Source: Lingula anatina
Lineage: Eukaryota; Animalia; Brachiopoda
Reading direction: 5' to 3'
Assembly (NCBI GenBank): GCA_051362555.1
Contig: CM120640.1
Coordinates: forward strand, 62,040,788 to 62,104,787
DNA length: 64,000 nucleotides
Shown: one piece after another, positions 1-16,578 of the stretch
Layout of the letters: each line of letters opens with the position of its first letter
Numbering within the stretch: the stretch's first letter is position 1
Translations under genes and position numbers: made by a program
The notes under the pieces: model-generated
The model's input: the letters and a program-made list of their open reading frames with translations, nothing else
Database searches by the model: none
Told to the model about the DNA's origin: nothing

Positions 1-815
1 TAGTTTACCTTTAGAGAATTAGTTGTAGAATTGAGTTTTGTCTTACACAGTTTACTGACGTAAATGTGACATCTCATAAATAAGAAATAGTAAATGATAC
101 AAAATGAACAAAGATAAATATTGATATGATATTTCGACATTTGAAATGTGATATACATACATTATAAAGCATACCCTTAAATCATACGTGTACAGATACT
201 ACTAATATCAATCGAGTGTCAGAGTAACTGAGAGAAATTGAAGGGAACTGAGAATATTTTCGCCAAATTTTATGTGAGGCAAACATGTTTACTAAGTGAA
301 TTTGCTCGCGGCTTCGAATATCATCTAAGAAATAAAATGACTGAAAGGCCTACCCGGTAAATCGACATGTTTGCTATAGTAAATTTCTGCTTCATTTTAT
401 AGCAACCTTACTAGTAAACTTTATCCTATAAGAATACAGGCCAACATAATATGAAAACAAATTGATTTTAAGAATTTTTGAAATCCAAATACCACCCTTT
501 TAATTTATAGAAACAATAGTAACATACTAAACGTCGTTAACTAAAATGAAGTAGCATAAACGTCGTGTCATTTTTTTTATTTAACTTGATTAAGTAAGCA
601 GAAATACATTTATACTACTTAAAAAAAATTAACATTCCTTTTTATCATGGATGTATATATTTAAAGAAAGCGTAGTCCTACTTAACCATAACTTCACACA
701 GGTAAATGGATAATAATCTTAGAAAAATTCTTTAATGTCCACAGAGTCCTTCATATTGGCGCAGTGGCAAACTGGTTAACTGGATAAACGCCTAAATCAT
801 GCTTTGAGATAAGGT

Positions 816-1641
816 TTAGGTTAGCAGCGCCAAACATGACACTAACAACATCATCCAAATTAAACCTTTACCAATACCGCCACAATTCTTTGAATCTGAG
901 GGCTTAGCGCTGGCTTTTTCCTGTACAGGAGTCGTGGCTTCATCAGGACAAGGACACTTCGATCCTGGGCGTATCCGGACAGGCCCCCCTTGAACGTGAA
1001 TAGTCACATCCTTCAGAGCGTGTACAATGTCAGTCTTGAGACGCTGGATCATCTGAAGACCTTCGTTGTAATCAGCCAAAACTGCCGTGAATCTGACGAG
1101 TCCATAAACCGAAATGACATCTCTGCCCATCTGCTCGTCTTTTATTTCCGTGCAGTTTATCAGAGGTCCAGTCCATCCTACCAACTTCATATGCTCCTTC
1201 AGCTGTCTGTTACGTATCAGGCTACTACATGCAAACTGGTTATTCAGGCGCCAATTCACGGGTTCAAATTCAAGGAAAATGTCATATTGGAGCTTCGTGA
1301 GGTTGTACAAAATGGCCCGACAGTTCTGACCATCAAAGACGAAACCAAGAGGACAGATTATCGGTTGTACTGTTGGCTGAAATATATCAAAGACGTTGGC
1401 CATTCATTTTAATTATCGCTCGAGTGGAGTGTGTGTGTGTGTGTGGTGGGGTGGGGTGATTAGCATTATGCTATTTTAAGCATTTTACACAGCCTTAGTG
1501 GTGAAAAATTGACGTGAAAGTTTCTTATAAAAATTTATTATTGTTTTGAATGGTGCCTATGCCAGTGTTGAAGTACTTATAACTCTGCTGGGTTTCATCT
1601 TCACGAAATCTGTATTGCTAGCCTAAAGAGAGTGGCAATAA

Positions 1642-1676
<35 letters not shown>

Positions 1677-4600
1677 TCACTTTGGTCGTTGATAAGTGAA
1701 ATGTGCGCAAGTCACTTCCTATTATCAGAAGTGACGCTCTAAATTTGGATATGATAGAAAACTAGGCCCTTTCTTTCGAACATTCTAATTTCTTATTTTA
1801 ATCAAGCGCAAATGTACAGCTTCAAGATGCACATTGTTTTTTATCTTTAAAAATCGGACAAAGACCAGTAAAAGAATAGTAAAAGGGATTTGCGTATTAC
1901 TTCTGACAAAATTAATGAGTTTGGGGTCCATTATGTGCCGTTTGAGCTCGCAGATTTATTCAAAATCTAAAACTTTTTGCAAATTATGTAAATGTTTCAT
2001 GCATAACATTTTTACCATTTAAGATACAAAAATAACAAAGGGCAAACTTTGTAAACTGGAGTAGTTTTAGCCGTAATTTTAAGACTGAAAAGTACTAATA
2101 TTTATTTTTATGTGAAATGTGATGTTCGCAACACAACCTGATAATCACATCGGAGACACTGAAAACGTCTGAAAGGTTTAACAAAATTTCAGTCATCTTT
2201 TCCTTTGAGTATATTGTTTTGTTAGAATATCTTACTATTTTTACAGTAATCTAGAGGGGATAGAGGGACTTAAATGTACTGCGACAAGCTAGTTTACGCA
2301 GAATACATGTACGACCTAGTCTGAATGTACGGGCACGTGTAAACGTAGCTAAGATACACAGCTGACACTCATTATATAAACACCCGCGCACATATGCACA
2401 CACACACAACACACACACACACACACACACAAGTCAAATTTAAACAGCTGCGATCAGGTATTACCGGTAGCCTGAGTGTGGAAACACTGCTCTCCTCATC
2501 AGCATGATCTCCAGTGAACAAAAAGGCGCTAAAGCTCATTCCGAGGAATCCAAACTGACTCGAATCTAATGACGTCTCCCCTGCGGAATCATCTAAAACG
2601 GCACAAAAATCTATGTCATCCTACAGCAGCAACTGATAATTGTTCTTTTAGCAACATGGTTCAGTTAACTGTCTACATGTAGAAAGGGCCTGGGAACCTC
2701 AATGATCGTTTTTGGGGCGAAAATTATAATTTACGAGATTCCATCTTATCCTCAATGGTTTTCCACTATTTGCCCACCATCACCTGTCTAGTTCTAAAAT
2801 AAGAAATACACAATGGACATCGGTTTATAATACTACTTCTTTTCTTCACTTGGTTTCAGCTGAAAGAATGGTTATCAAATCGTATAAAAAACCCACATTA
2901 TTTGTAAATGAAGAAATATATGTGTACCTAGGGGTGAAAGCAAAGCCTTCATGAAAACTAAGTATAATGGAAAGCTTGAGGATAACAAAATGCCCTAAAA
3001 TATTAAATTTGCTCTTCGTCCATTTGACATTTTTTAAAATGTTAAGGCTTACACGTTTTTTCGGCTTACACAGTTGTTGGATTACAAAGTTTTTGGCCTC
3101 TTTGCAACCCCACAAACTGAAATGTGTGCACTATTTGTTTGGAAATTATATTTCAGGCGTACACATTACGTTAATATCATTAATCAACACTATTCAATGT
3201 TTATCACTAACCCGCTTCATTTCTTTTTAGAGTGTAGCCTAATTCAATAAATGGGATCAAATTTCGAACATCATGCTCGAGTTATTATTTAAATCGGTTT
3301 AGATCAAGAAGACATAACGGAAGTGCGTTATTGAGCCTACGTTAATAAGCCTAGCAGAGGTCATACCAAGGAATCATCAAGGAGTAGTTGAAAGGTTTTT
3401 GATGAATAACATTGCAAAGTCTCCCATCAGTATTATAAGACTTCTTTATTTTGATTTTTACCTTAATCCCGTTTCCATAAGTAAAATGTAATATAAAATA
3501 TTTGTATAGCATGATATATTAGAAATGTTTCTTAATGCAATGGGATTTTTCTTTTAGCCTTCTCCTATCATAATATTGGGAAAGCTCGGATTAAACCGAG
3601 ATGGTAACCTCCGACAATTTATAGTCAGTCCTCGAGATAGGTGTTAGAGAAGTTATTTTTTCTGTTGCATTTTGGAAGATCTAACTATGAGTAAAAGCAT
3701 GCAAGTTTGAGAATAAAAGGTACTTTTTGTATCCTCAAACTATTATTTTCTCTCTAACAATTTTGGTATTGCTAATAAAGTGTGGATCTTGTCTTACCTG
3801 AACAACGGCTCACACCTGTGTGACACATAAGGCAGTGGTAGTTCTTGAATACTGAGATGTCCCACCTATTTATATAAAGAACGGGGTTGGTGTACGAAAG
3901 GCATGCATCTTTCAGTGGAGAGTCTAATGGATATGGATATGAAGCACGTTGCATGCTGCCATTAACGAAAGTATAAGAACAAGGCTCTGAAGTTTCATCC
4001 TCGCTCGCGATACAGGTTCTTAGTTGCCATTCTTTGTGTGCAGCGAAATGCCCGGTACACCTATCATTTGCTAATGTCTTTTTTAGGATACACGAAGAGG
4101 ATGTACATTGCAAAAAAGGTTCGAACCGCTGGTTACTACAAACTATTTCGAACCCCCAAGGCACCAGGCCGTTCTTGATACCGTGGCACAGTGCGCAGTA
4201 TTTGTTACTGTAAGTCAAAAATGTCTTTGGGTCGGTAACTGGCTGGTACTGGGATAAGTCTTCAATTTGGATGATACCGGAAGAATTAGAGCATTTCAAA
4301 CGGTCCATGTCATTAAGCCAAGTGGAAGGACATTGGTCCACCATCCAGAAACTCAATTCCGAGTGCAAAAAACGCGTCTGACGCAGTTTAGGGCTATTTC
4401 TGCAAGAGGACATTTGCCGAATAGAACGAAAGTCGGGTTCCTCAAAACGACCCTGGTGGTCTCCATCCAACTGCGTTTTGTTATATTTCGAGACGGGAAA
4501 ACTTCTGAAAGGGGTCGCTGGTGAGTGAAGTTGGGTTTTGTTAACCGCATTCTGTGTTTGGTTACTGACAGAAACAGAACGTAACGCAGAATGGGCCGCA

Positions 4601-4884
4601 CTGTCACCGACAGACATTCTGGTGGAAGCCACGCATATCTGTGTTGGGTCCAAGGCGCCGTGGCAGCAATCGTCGAAGATGTGGCAAAGAAAGTCACAGT
4701 GACAGTGAACTTTAAAGTAAAAGATTTTGTAACCGCTTGTGCTTTGCCCACACACCCATTTATAAGGCTGGAGAGTAAGTTCTAGACCACTTGGTGAAGT
4801 TTCCTCGTGATCAACTTGATTCTCCGCAGCACTGGCTGTGGAGCCTGCAATAAGCAGCATCGCCAAGCGTAGACATGAATTCAT
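816..4884 (-). CDS. Secreted/membrane-anchored Cys-rich protein with a somatomedin-B (SMB)-like domain, ~591 aa, 3 coding exons; resembles the ectodomain of invertebrate SMB-containing GPCR-like proteins but ends in a single hydrophobic tail
   Basis: Exons 4884-3798, 2592-2465 and 1376-816 have GT-AG boundaries and compatible phases (1087+128+561=1776 nt, in frame). It starts with a signal peptide (MNSCLRLAMLLIAGSTASA) and contains the SMB-like motif CHCDFLCHIFDDCC. It also has two PV..(Y/F)xNxxCxxC motifs (PVTDPKTFLTYSNKYCALC; PVLY..FKNYHCLMC), CPLGFVFDGQNCR, and a C-terminal hydrophobic tail (GLIWMMLLVSCLALLT). Confidence 0.8.
1646..1675 (+). repeat. Poly-T tract (intronic)
   Basis: About 30 consecutive T visible. 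Confidence 0.9.
2398..2430 (+). repeat. (CA)n microsatellite (intronic)
   Basis: Directly visible dinucleotide run with one interruption. Confidence 0.9.
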
Positions 4885-5569
4885 TGTGTTTCTGGCGAGC
4901 TGTCTCCACAAAGCAAAAGAACGTCAGGAGAAGTGGCGCAATCTGAATTGTGTTACAAAATTTATAATGCTAGGAGAATGTTATGAAAGTCGTGATAATT
5001 ATATACATTGCACCTAACCCAACTGAAATTACTAGATTATATTACTTTTTCTGCTAAAGACTAATAATTTAACTGGTCACTGATGATTTTTCATTGCGTC
5101 CAATATATGGACATAATGAAGGACGCAAGCAGTGTTAAATAGATTCTTATTGGAATATGTTATGTGTATGTAAAAACTATTTCATACATTTCAATTATCA
5201 CCATTCTTCTACAATATAAAACATAGATGATAAACATCGAAAGTACCTATCAAATACAGAGATACTGAAAATCTATCTTGATGGATGCTGTAAATGTGAT
5301 GCCTAATATCGGGCGTTTAAATTTCTCCGATTTTACAATAATTTTGTTATGTTTGTAGATACAACCAGCAACTTTTTTCATTTAATAATGAACAATAGCC
5401 CACGTTATTAGACCTTTTTACCCAAAACACATTTGGTTTAAGAGGGACTTTGTGTGAAACAGTGTCTGTTTTTCACGCTGTTATATACTAGGCAGTTGTC
5501 ATATTTTTTACTTATTAAAGCTAAGATAAGATAATTACTCAGCGAAAAAATATATACAATATACAATAT

Positions 5570-6000
5570 CAGGAATAAATTGTCCGTTGTATTATAAACT
5601 GTAAAACTAGTCAGAAAAAAGTAATTTTAAGACTGTCATATATGATAATTTATTAAACACAAGCTGGAATGTTTTGTACCCTTAGCTTTTGGGCACTGCT
5701 GCCATAATGACCGTAGAAGGAAAACCATGTTACTTATGATTCTCAAACTTACTGAAAAGATTCATAGGACTGAAAATGCAGCTTGAGTTGGAAAACCAGT
5801 CTGACTGCATTCAATTCTCTTCTGGAAGCAATGCAGTTCTTTTTGAAGTTTTCATTTTTCATATATTGGCATTTTGTGGGAGTTCGTTAAAATTCACCCA
5901 TTTCTGGTAAAAACTTTCAATTTCCTTACACGTATATTTGCCTTTTTCAAAATTTTCATGGTGTTATCTCTCCTCCTGCATTTGCCATGGTTTTTTATCA
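5570..6000 (+). repeat. Diverged fragment of the repeat family found inside the ACSBG intronic HINE-like elements
   Basis: ttgggcactgctgccataatgacc...aaaaccatgttactt...ctcaaacttac resembles 58340-58520 and 61780-61860. Confidence 0.55.
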
Positions 6001-6359
6001 AGGTGAACTTCCATAAACTTCTATTTCATAATGGTTTTTAATGAATATTGCGGCTATTTATTATTCTAATATAAGCTTTACCGACGATAACAAACTGAAA
6101 TTGAGAAAGTAATAAAAGCTGTGGCAAGACTTAACATTGCATCCAATCAAAATGAAATTACTACATTAGGCGACTACATGTATATCTACTTAAGACGAAC
6201 AATAATTTCTACTTAACTGGTCACTGATGATTTTTCATTACTTTCAACACATGAGGAACGCTAAGTAGATTCTTATGAGCACCACTCAAACCAATTGATG
6301 CTAGAATGATCTATGTAAAAATGTTATTTCATACCTGTCGCCCTTTTGTGAGATATACA

Positions 6360-7200
6360 TATACGGGGGCGTGAGGGGGGGAACAAAAGTATTGCACCAT
6401 TTTAATGAAGGTAAACAACGACTAGGTTTGTTAGATTTTTCAATGAGTATTTTATTGAAAACTGGTAATGTCAAGTTAGTATCTTTACTACAGGTTTACA
6501 GACCAATGCTTTGTCCGTACACCACGCATGTTATTATGACAGTATTAATATTTTGCAGGATATCCACCTGATCTCAATATGGCCACCATACTTCTGGACA
6601 AAGACTGATAACTGTTCAGTAATTTCCTGGGGGCTACGTTGGCCCAGGCTCTCTAGACATTTTAGATTAGAACATTTCTGGTAGAGAAGCGATCCTTTGC
6701 CACTTGATTTCCAAGTTATTTTTATTCGGGTTTGTGTCTGGGGATTGGGCAAGCCAATCCGCCCTGTTAATGCTGTTAAAGCCACTCTCGTTCAGTATGC
6801 AGGTAGTTCTGACTCTGTGGGGTGTGGTGTTATCATTTGTTGGGAAATGAACTGATTATCCCTGTTCTCAAATATGTTTTCTATCGAAGTGCTGGTCCAG
6901 AATGTCAAATAATGTAACGCTTGTGGGTCAGGTCTTCATGCATAAACCCCAGTTCACCAATGCACCCTAAGCCATTACTAAAGTGAACTGTCTAGCGAGA
7001 TGCATATTATCTGGCAGAAAAGAAGTGGATAATGCTCCCATACTGTCACTTGTCTACCTAAGTTGTTAGCAGTGAATATGCATGGTCTCATCAGAAAATA
7101 CAGAATGGCATCAGTTCTGACCTACGGTCCATGCGTCCTTGCATCCCATGTCACTTTTCTTCGTTTGTTTACCAAGATGATAAGTGCTTTTCTCCTGGCA
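6360..7200 (-). pseudogene. Degenerate Tc1/mariner-superfamily (Tc1-like) transposase relic with one TIR-like end
   Basis: Minus-strand translation across stops and frameshifts gives, in Tc1 order: ARRKALI..NKRRKVTW, WTVGQN*..VFSDET (~7084-7130), GRQVTVW, VMA*GA, GELGFM..YI.DIL, DNTTPHRVRTT (~6810-6835), DWLAQSPDTNP (~6727-6760), KYGGH. A Tc1-like terminal sequence (aacaaaagtattgcacc) lies at ~6382-6398. Confidence 0.8.
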
Positions 7201-7976
7201 ACACTTTTTACGAACGCACCACCCCACCCCACCCCAAGTCATATAGCGTACTATTCACACAAATGGCCCAATACGTAGGCCTACTTTTGTCACCCTCCCC
7301 TGTAGATGATATAGTTCCATGTTGAAGTTAATTGTAGGTACATTGATCACAGGCTTCACAGCGTGTATGTTTGATAATCTTAAATAAGAATAGATCTACG
7401 ATTATACGTTTTTGCATCGTGAATATTAACTCAAAGGTAGTGACTTTAACTTAAGTTTTGTTGCAAACGTAATAAAACGAATTGACGAAAATTACAAACT
7501 GAATTAAATTCAATATCCGTGGAATGGTTTATTTCTGTTTTATTTATTCATTAGGCTATTGTTATTTATTATTTATTTGAATTTTTATCTATGTCATTAT
7601 TTATTTATTTTTATATCCTATTATTTTAAAGAAATAACAACTTTTCAGTTTGGCACAAAAATGGATTTCCCCAAAGTACAAAGGATAATTTTCCCATACT
7701 TACCAACGATTAATAGATTACAGATTAACTTGCGATAACCGCCGATTTGGTGGAAAAAATAGAATTAAATATATTTCCATTTTTTTTTTTTAACAATGTA
7801 TTCATTGTGAAATGTGGATCTCATATGGATATGACTTGCTATGTATTTTAAATGTACCTTTAAACAAATGTGCTATACAGTAGAAAAAATTGTCATGAAG
7901 CAGGCGGATAGGCTACATACATTGTATCTGTGAATATCTAGGCCTACTTAAAATCAATCCGTTGCCCTGGTAGAGG

Positions 7977-8047
7977 CAGTGGCGTATTTAGAGGGGGTCA
8001 GGGGGGTCCTGATCCACCCCTTTCAAATAATCCTGGATCCGCCCCTG
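7977..8047. mobile_element. Tiny hAT-like MITE remnant (CAGTGGCG...CGCCCCTG)
   Basis: Termini cagtggcgtattta / tggatccgcccctg. Related remnants lie at ~39381-39569 and ~41460-41502. No clear TSD. Confidence 0.45.
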
Positions 8048-9362
8048 TGCCCTCTACCATACCCCCTCAGACTGAAACTAAGTCTAATAATATCTGACAT
8101 AACATTTCTGGTATAAAACGTGTGGCGGCTTTTGGTGCTTTAAAAATGTTGCTGCGCCATCTATTGACAAAGTCTACAGACGAACAGACAGACAAAGGGA
8201 AAACAAATGTGCTGAACTGGATTACATAGTTGAAAGGTAGTTCTTCAGTCTTAGATTTAGTCTTCAAATTGACGATTATAGTAATGCAATATACAGATCT
8301 TGATGAGTGATGCTTACGTGGTCAAAACAAAAGCTGGAATTCATTATTTATTACTTTATTGGTAACGGGATTAGGGTTTTCGGTACTGGCAAGAACTTGG
8401 AAGTTTGACGAAAAAATGCGAAAATATAAGGTTTTTGCTGCTTTTACCACTAGCTGCAGGGGGCAGAGTTTTCTTTCGGATGGAATTTTTCATATTATTT
8501 CCACCCTGTTGCTCGTTCGTTTGCTTGGTAGCACACCATTCGGTACTTGTGCAGTGTCCCCCCCGGTCTCCCTACCCTATAACTGTCTCATTTTCAATGT
8601 TAATCAGAATTAAGTTTTGTGTTTACTGTGAGACTGTGATCATTGTCTCTGCTATTCAGATAAATAAGTTTGGAAATTCACTATTTTTTTTACATTAAAC
8701 CTTTTAAGCTCTTTGCCCATTTTACACCAGCAGTGGCCATGGCTTTCATAATATTTGAATGGCATGTTCAGTTATGTTCAATTAAATGCATATTAAATTA
8801 GTAAATAAATTGCCAAACTGATTCTTTTAAAGAGATCATTGAAAGTCACTGCACAAATTAGTTTAGAGAAGATACTGAAGATCAGACAGAATATATATAT
8901 TGTCGGGAGTGGAATACTGCAAAGTGCCCAAAATTCATGCGTTAGCACGGGTGTCATTTAGCACTGAAATGAACCATATGACCCCGAGTGAGACCTTAGT
9001 TTTATTTTAAGCATCCCAATCTACCCTTGTCTTGAACTCCACACAATGTTTATAAATATGCTGTTTGAGATGTGTAGAGGAGAAATAGTTTAAAGCAAGG
9101 TTAGGATATCATTCTGTGTCATTTCTGTGTTTAGTGAGACCCCTTTAGCCCTGCTATTGATGATTTTTGATATGCTGAAAGCTTGGTATTGCATAAAATC
9201 TTCACTTTTGCATTTAGATTTATGTGCTCGTAATTTATAAGAAAAGGTTACTAGTCATACTTTAAGCCTTTTCTCCTATGAAGATACTTATATAAACTTT
9301 TCTACAAATTTATTTAAGAATGATATGATGGTTTAATACCTTTTATTTGGTTCTTCTGTTAG

Positions 9363-12159
<2,797 letters not shown>

Positions 12160-13686
12160 CATCACATGGCACATCACTGAATCACATTCTTCATTACCAA
12201 TTTAAAACTTTTGTGAACACATTTTTACTATGTCATAGCCTCCATTTAACAGTATGTCATCCAACTGTCCTACAAGGATTGCTTAGTCATCATTCTTACT
12301 TATCAGGAATATTTAAGAGGCGAAAAATGTGGGTATGAATTTGTTACGGTGCTTGAAAGAAGACGTGTAGTAAAGAGAACTTCACTAATAGCAGCCTTAC
12401 CATGAATCTGATTTTAGTCATTTTTACTTTCATAGACACTTGTTTAATACAAGTTCTTTTTTATGGATTTAACATATATTATTAAATCAATGCAAAACTA
12501 TGTCAAATCTTATTTCAGTTGCTTTTTCTTCATTTTACTATCTGTTGTAGGATTACTACTAGGATCAGCAGTGTGAATCTTTTATCATTTTACTTGAAGA
12601 AGTCTACAAAGTATACCAACAGTTTGTTCACAGTCAGCAAAGTATCTGTTTGATGATATAATTAAAATGTTCATTTTGTCTTCACCATGAGGGTGACAGT
12701 GGAGAGGACACATGATAGTAATTTCTCCCACAGCAATAGCTTTGTGGATGTACATGTGCATTATTCTTGTGCTTTCCTAATGCATAATGTAAAATGTTGA
12801 GTTTATAATAGGGGATATCCTTGTTTGATAGTACCGAAAGATTACTTTTATTGTGTATCTGTTGAAAATATGTATTAAAGAAAAACTTCTTTTTTGTTTT
12901 GGGAAAGGCAAAAAGTCCTTTCACAATCTGTACATATTATATGTTCCCCTAGTAAAATTTTTCTTTATATATTTTATGGTAAGCAGAATGCTTCACTGGA
13001 GTTAATCATGTAAATAACATTAAATAGGACAACAAGCTATCCCTTATGTTGCTTTTATAGAAGAAAAAGTGAAAAAGAAACTTTAAAAGATTACTGGTAC
13101 ATTTTGAATTTTAATAACTATTTTATAATTACTACTATGTGATAAAATTAACCTGGGTTATTTGAAGAGGGGACCTCTTGTGATTTTTTTCCTTTTATCA
13201 AAGGTAATTATGGTTTGAATATATTTAAGTGGGGATAACGTACCAATAAGTTAAAGTGAAGGACCATAATTGAAATTGTTCAACAGAGATTACTATGTGA
13301 ACAGTTTCGCGTCATATGTGCTATTCTGACGGATAAATATAACAATGTTTGACAAATCATGGTTCATTCATTTGAAGATATTTCTTCTATGTATAGTACC
13401 TCTTTTAAGCTTGAATTTCGAACCAACGTAACAAAGTGGAATTGATAAAATGTTAAAATTAACAATAGATTAAAATTTGTCAGATGTGTGGGTGAAGGAT
13501 CTCGTTCATGGCGCATAATGGCTGTATTAAGGAGAAAACGCCAGTTTATTTTCACGAAATACATATTTACACATTTCATTGCCTGGGTAAAGGACTACTA
13601 AACGCTTTCAAAATATATCTTAAAAAGTGCAATACAGATTTTGAGGATGTGAAGACATAAAGGTCTTATCGAAAATTTGGGATTTA

Positions 13687-14219
13687 TACTGACAGTCAAT
13701 GAAAACGCATCAGAAAACCTTTTTTGTATTTTTTTTAACGAGAATCGATTCCAACCATTAAAACGAGTACAAATGCACTTGTTTGGTCATAAGAGAGTGG
13801 GCTGACCACTCTGATGTTTAAAATTTCCGCTTCAGTGATTTTGTGACCAGCTGTTACAAAATCGCGTTTTCCTGTCTCGTGATTGGTGTGAATTAATCAG
13901 GTTCAACATATGGTGATTAATTAATCCTATTTAAGGTAGTCACCAAAACCAGTGTGACACATGACGAAAAAGTTCAGTGATGCTACGTCTGACACTGAAA
14001 GAGTGACTGCGGGCCCTGGGGATGCTGGAGGATGGGGGGAACCAAAGAGATTTGATTACGCGACCTTGCATTTTAATGATCTTTTCTGACCTTTATTTCA
14101 CCTTGTGTAACTGAATAATGGGTCATATTTCACACGTAAAACTCTTATTTTCTTAATGTGCCAAAGGAACAAAAATATTATTTGATAAATAAATGATGCG
14201 TTTTCATTGACTGTCAGTA
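13687..14219. mobile_element. Non-autonomous Tc1/mariner-type MITE (~530 bp) with TA target duplication
   Basis: Perfect 28-nt inverted repeat including the flanking TA: tatactgacagtcaatgaaaacgcatca at 13685-13712 versus 14194-14221. No internal ORF. Confidence 0.85.
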
Positions 14220-14830
14220 TATTTGTAAGTCTGAACTATTTCCGATGACTCGTTTCTGTTTATTTGTTTATCGATTATACCTGAAACGGGAACCCTGCGC
14301 TTAATTTAATCTCTAATTATAAGTAGCAATTCATAATTCCTTTTCCACACATTTACATCACTCCAATTTACACCACTCCATTTACAACACACCAAATTAT
14401 ATTTTGGCATTCATAAACAACATTTTTTTTAGCGTTTTGCAACTCGTACGTTTTATAACTTTCCACCCGAGCCATCTAAGACAGCCACTTTAAACTGTAA
14501 TTAAAATCATGCATAGCCAATTAAGATTTGTTCATTTATAGTTATCTAGACTCCGCATTATCTTGAAAAGGTAGGCTATAATTAAATTGTGAATCATACA
14601 AGAGGAATAGGTAGATAATGCGAGAAGCTGATAATACAATAGAAAGCCGTCAGAACACTAGACTGTGTAGTAAACGTGAATAAGGCTTTTAGATATAAAC
14701 AAACCACAAAGATAAATGATAATGTCCTTTGCCCGCCTCAGTAGATGGCATCCGTCACGGAAGAAATACAACAGCCCATTTTGTTTTTAATTCGATGACT
14801 GTGAATTCATTACTTTAGACACGTTGAGAC

Positions 14831-14914
14831 TCATTCAAGATGGCGGGTTACCTTTGAGGAGACCAGACATTATCCACAGTCCTTATTTTCATCTCAAAGA
14901 CGGAATACAAATAG
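14831..14914 (+). promoter_or_regulatory. Putative core promoter / 5'UTR exon of the MINPP1-like gene (Inr-like TCATTC, YY1-like CAAGATGGCGG, 5-codon uORF)
   Basis: TCATTC at 14831, CAAGATGGCGG at 14836-14846, uORF MAGYL* at 14840-14857, and a strong donor AG|gtaagt at 14914/14915. The gene's ATG at 16579 sits directly after an acceptor (ctttttag), so an upstream exon is expected. Confidence 0.45.
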
Positions 14915-16578
14915 GTAAGTGACTTTTTTTAAATGAAAAATGTGTTTATTATCTAAAACTTTTGCTATAGTTTTGAAAACAGGTGTGCGTTGTCTTTATA
15001 CATCAGTACTGTGCATAACATCCTATCCCTCCATGGTATGAGCATTATTTCAGACCCTCATATACTTATAAGGTCACAAACGTCTGCATTTGTTTATGTA
15101 ACTTTACACTTCGTCCGAAACAGGGCGGGTATCTCGGGAATATATTGTATAAACCTTCAGTATAGATCACGTAAGTCAAAGATGTCAGTATTCGCTGACT
15201 GTATATATATGTGTTTCTTCAACTTGGGGCCGCTAAACCGTTACAGTCATATCGTGTACTGCTCTGTTAGTCATGCAAAATGGATATCATTTTAAATGAG
15301 GAAAAATTTATTTCAAGATCAACGTATTTGTTGCTCTTTCTGCTCAACGCGATTCAAGAAATATGTACCAGACGTAGTCTGTACCGTGTGTAGTCTAGTA
15401 TTTCATTGAAAGAAAACGAAGACAAAAGTAAACTCAGACGCAGCAACAGTTGCGAGTAAAAAGTCTTCTCATTCCCCAAATTCTTGTTAAAATCCATTGT
15501 GTTTTGAATGGTTTGTCATATTCATATTCATATCACGTGAACATGTTAAAGAATGGTTGAAGATATGCCGACACTTTGATAACGACGACCGTCGGACTGA
15601 TGCGTGACATGAAAGATCGCTGTCTGGGGAACTCGGGACTGGTTTTTAGTTTGCTGACAAAAATTAAGGACACCGGTTATAATGGGCCATTTCCTTTAAA
15701 TATAAGTGGGACCCCTTCTGCTTTACACTTGAGAATATCAAGAATCTATGACAAAATAGTTTTGTTAGTGGTTGAAGTGCAGTTGTGCTTGATAATTCCT
15801 GTTATTAATAAATAATTTTTCATAGCATGGACAGAAGAGCCGTGAAGAAAACGATGATACATGTATCACTCGACACTTTACCTACATGTACAGTGTATGT
15901 AAAAAAAAAAAGAGTGACTAAAACTTACTGTGTATGTAAAAGAAGAGTGACTAATACATATTTTAATGTGGCCCAACATCACCTTGGCTGCCACAGAAGA
16001 GTGGGCCTATACATGTTCTAGTATGATTAATATTATCTTAATTTATGGGCATTGGGCACGTACGGTAGGCCAAATATCATTATTGAGATTTTATTTCTCC
16101 ACGACTAAAATGGTTTTTATCTCACTCTTGTTGCAAGGGAATTCGAAAATATATCTTATCTTTCAGGTCTCAGAGATCAAAAACTTTATAAGGCCTTTTC
16201 ATGACAGTACGTACAATTAATTGATATGGCGTACCTATCGTTAGCATATACAATTAACAATGACGTTAGAGTGTTGGCATGCCCTTTAAAAGTGTCATTA
16301 TTTTCCTTGGTAGTTTTGCAGTTCTACGAAATTGTGTCAAGCGGTTTTTAATTATTGTGCCTTGCATATAATAATGAAATAACCGTAGTCTACTGTTATA
16401 TAAAAGTCCTTCTGCCTCCCCCTTTAAGCAAGTGTAAATTTTTCGACAGACACCTTCAGTTTTTTATTTATACGAACTGAAACTATTTTCAACTTTTCCA
16501 CAATTGATATTGAAAATAAGTAAGCTGTTAACGTAATTATGTAGAGTTAAATGATCATTCCGCCTATATGCTTTTTAG

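Noticed and set aside
990-1412. Plus-strand ORFs antisense to the SMB-like gene (also 4267-4524, 4591-4785)
   Set aside because: Shadow ORFs opposite a well-supported coding exon; no motifs or splice support.
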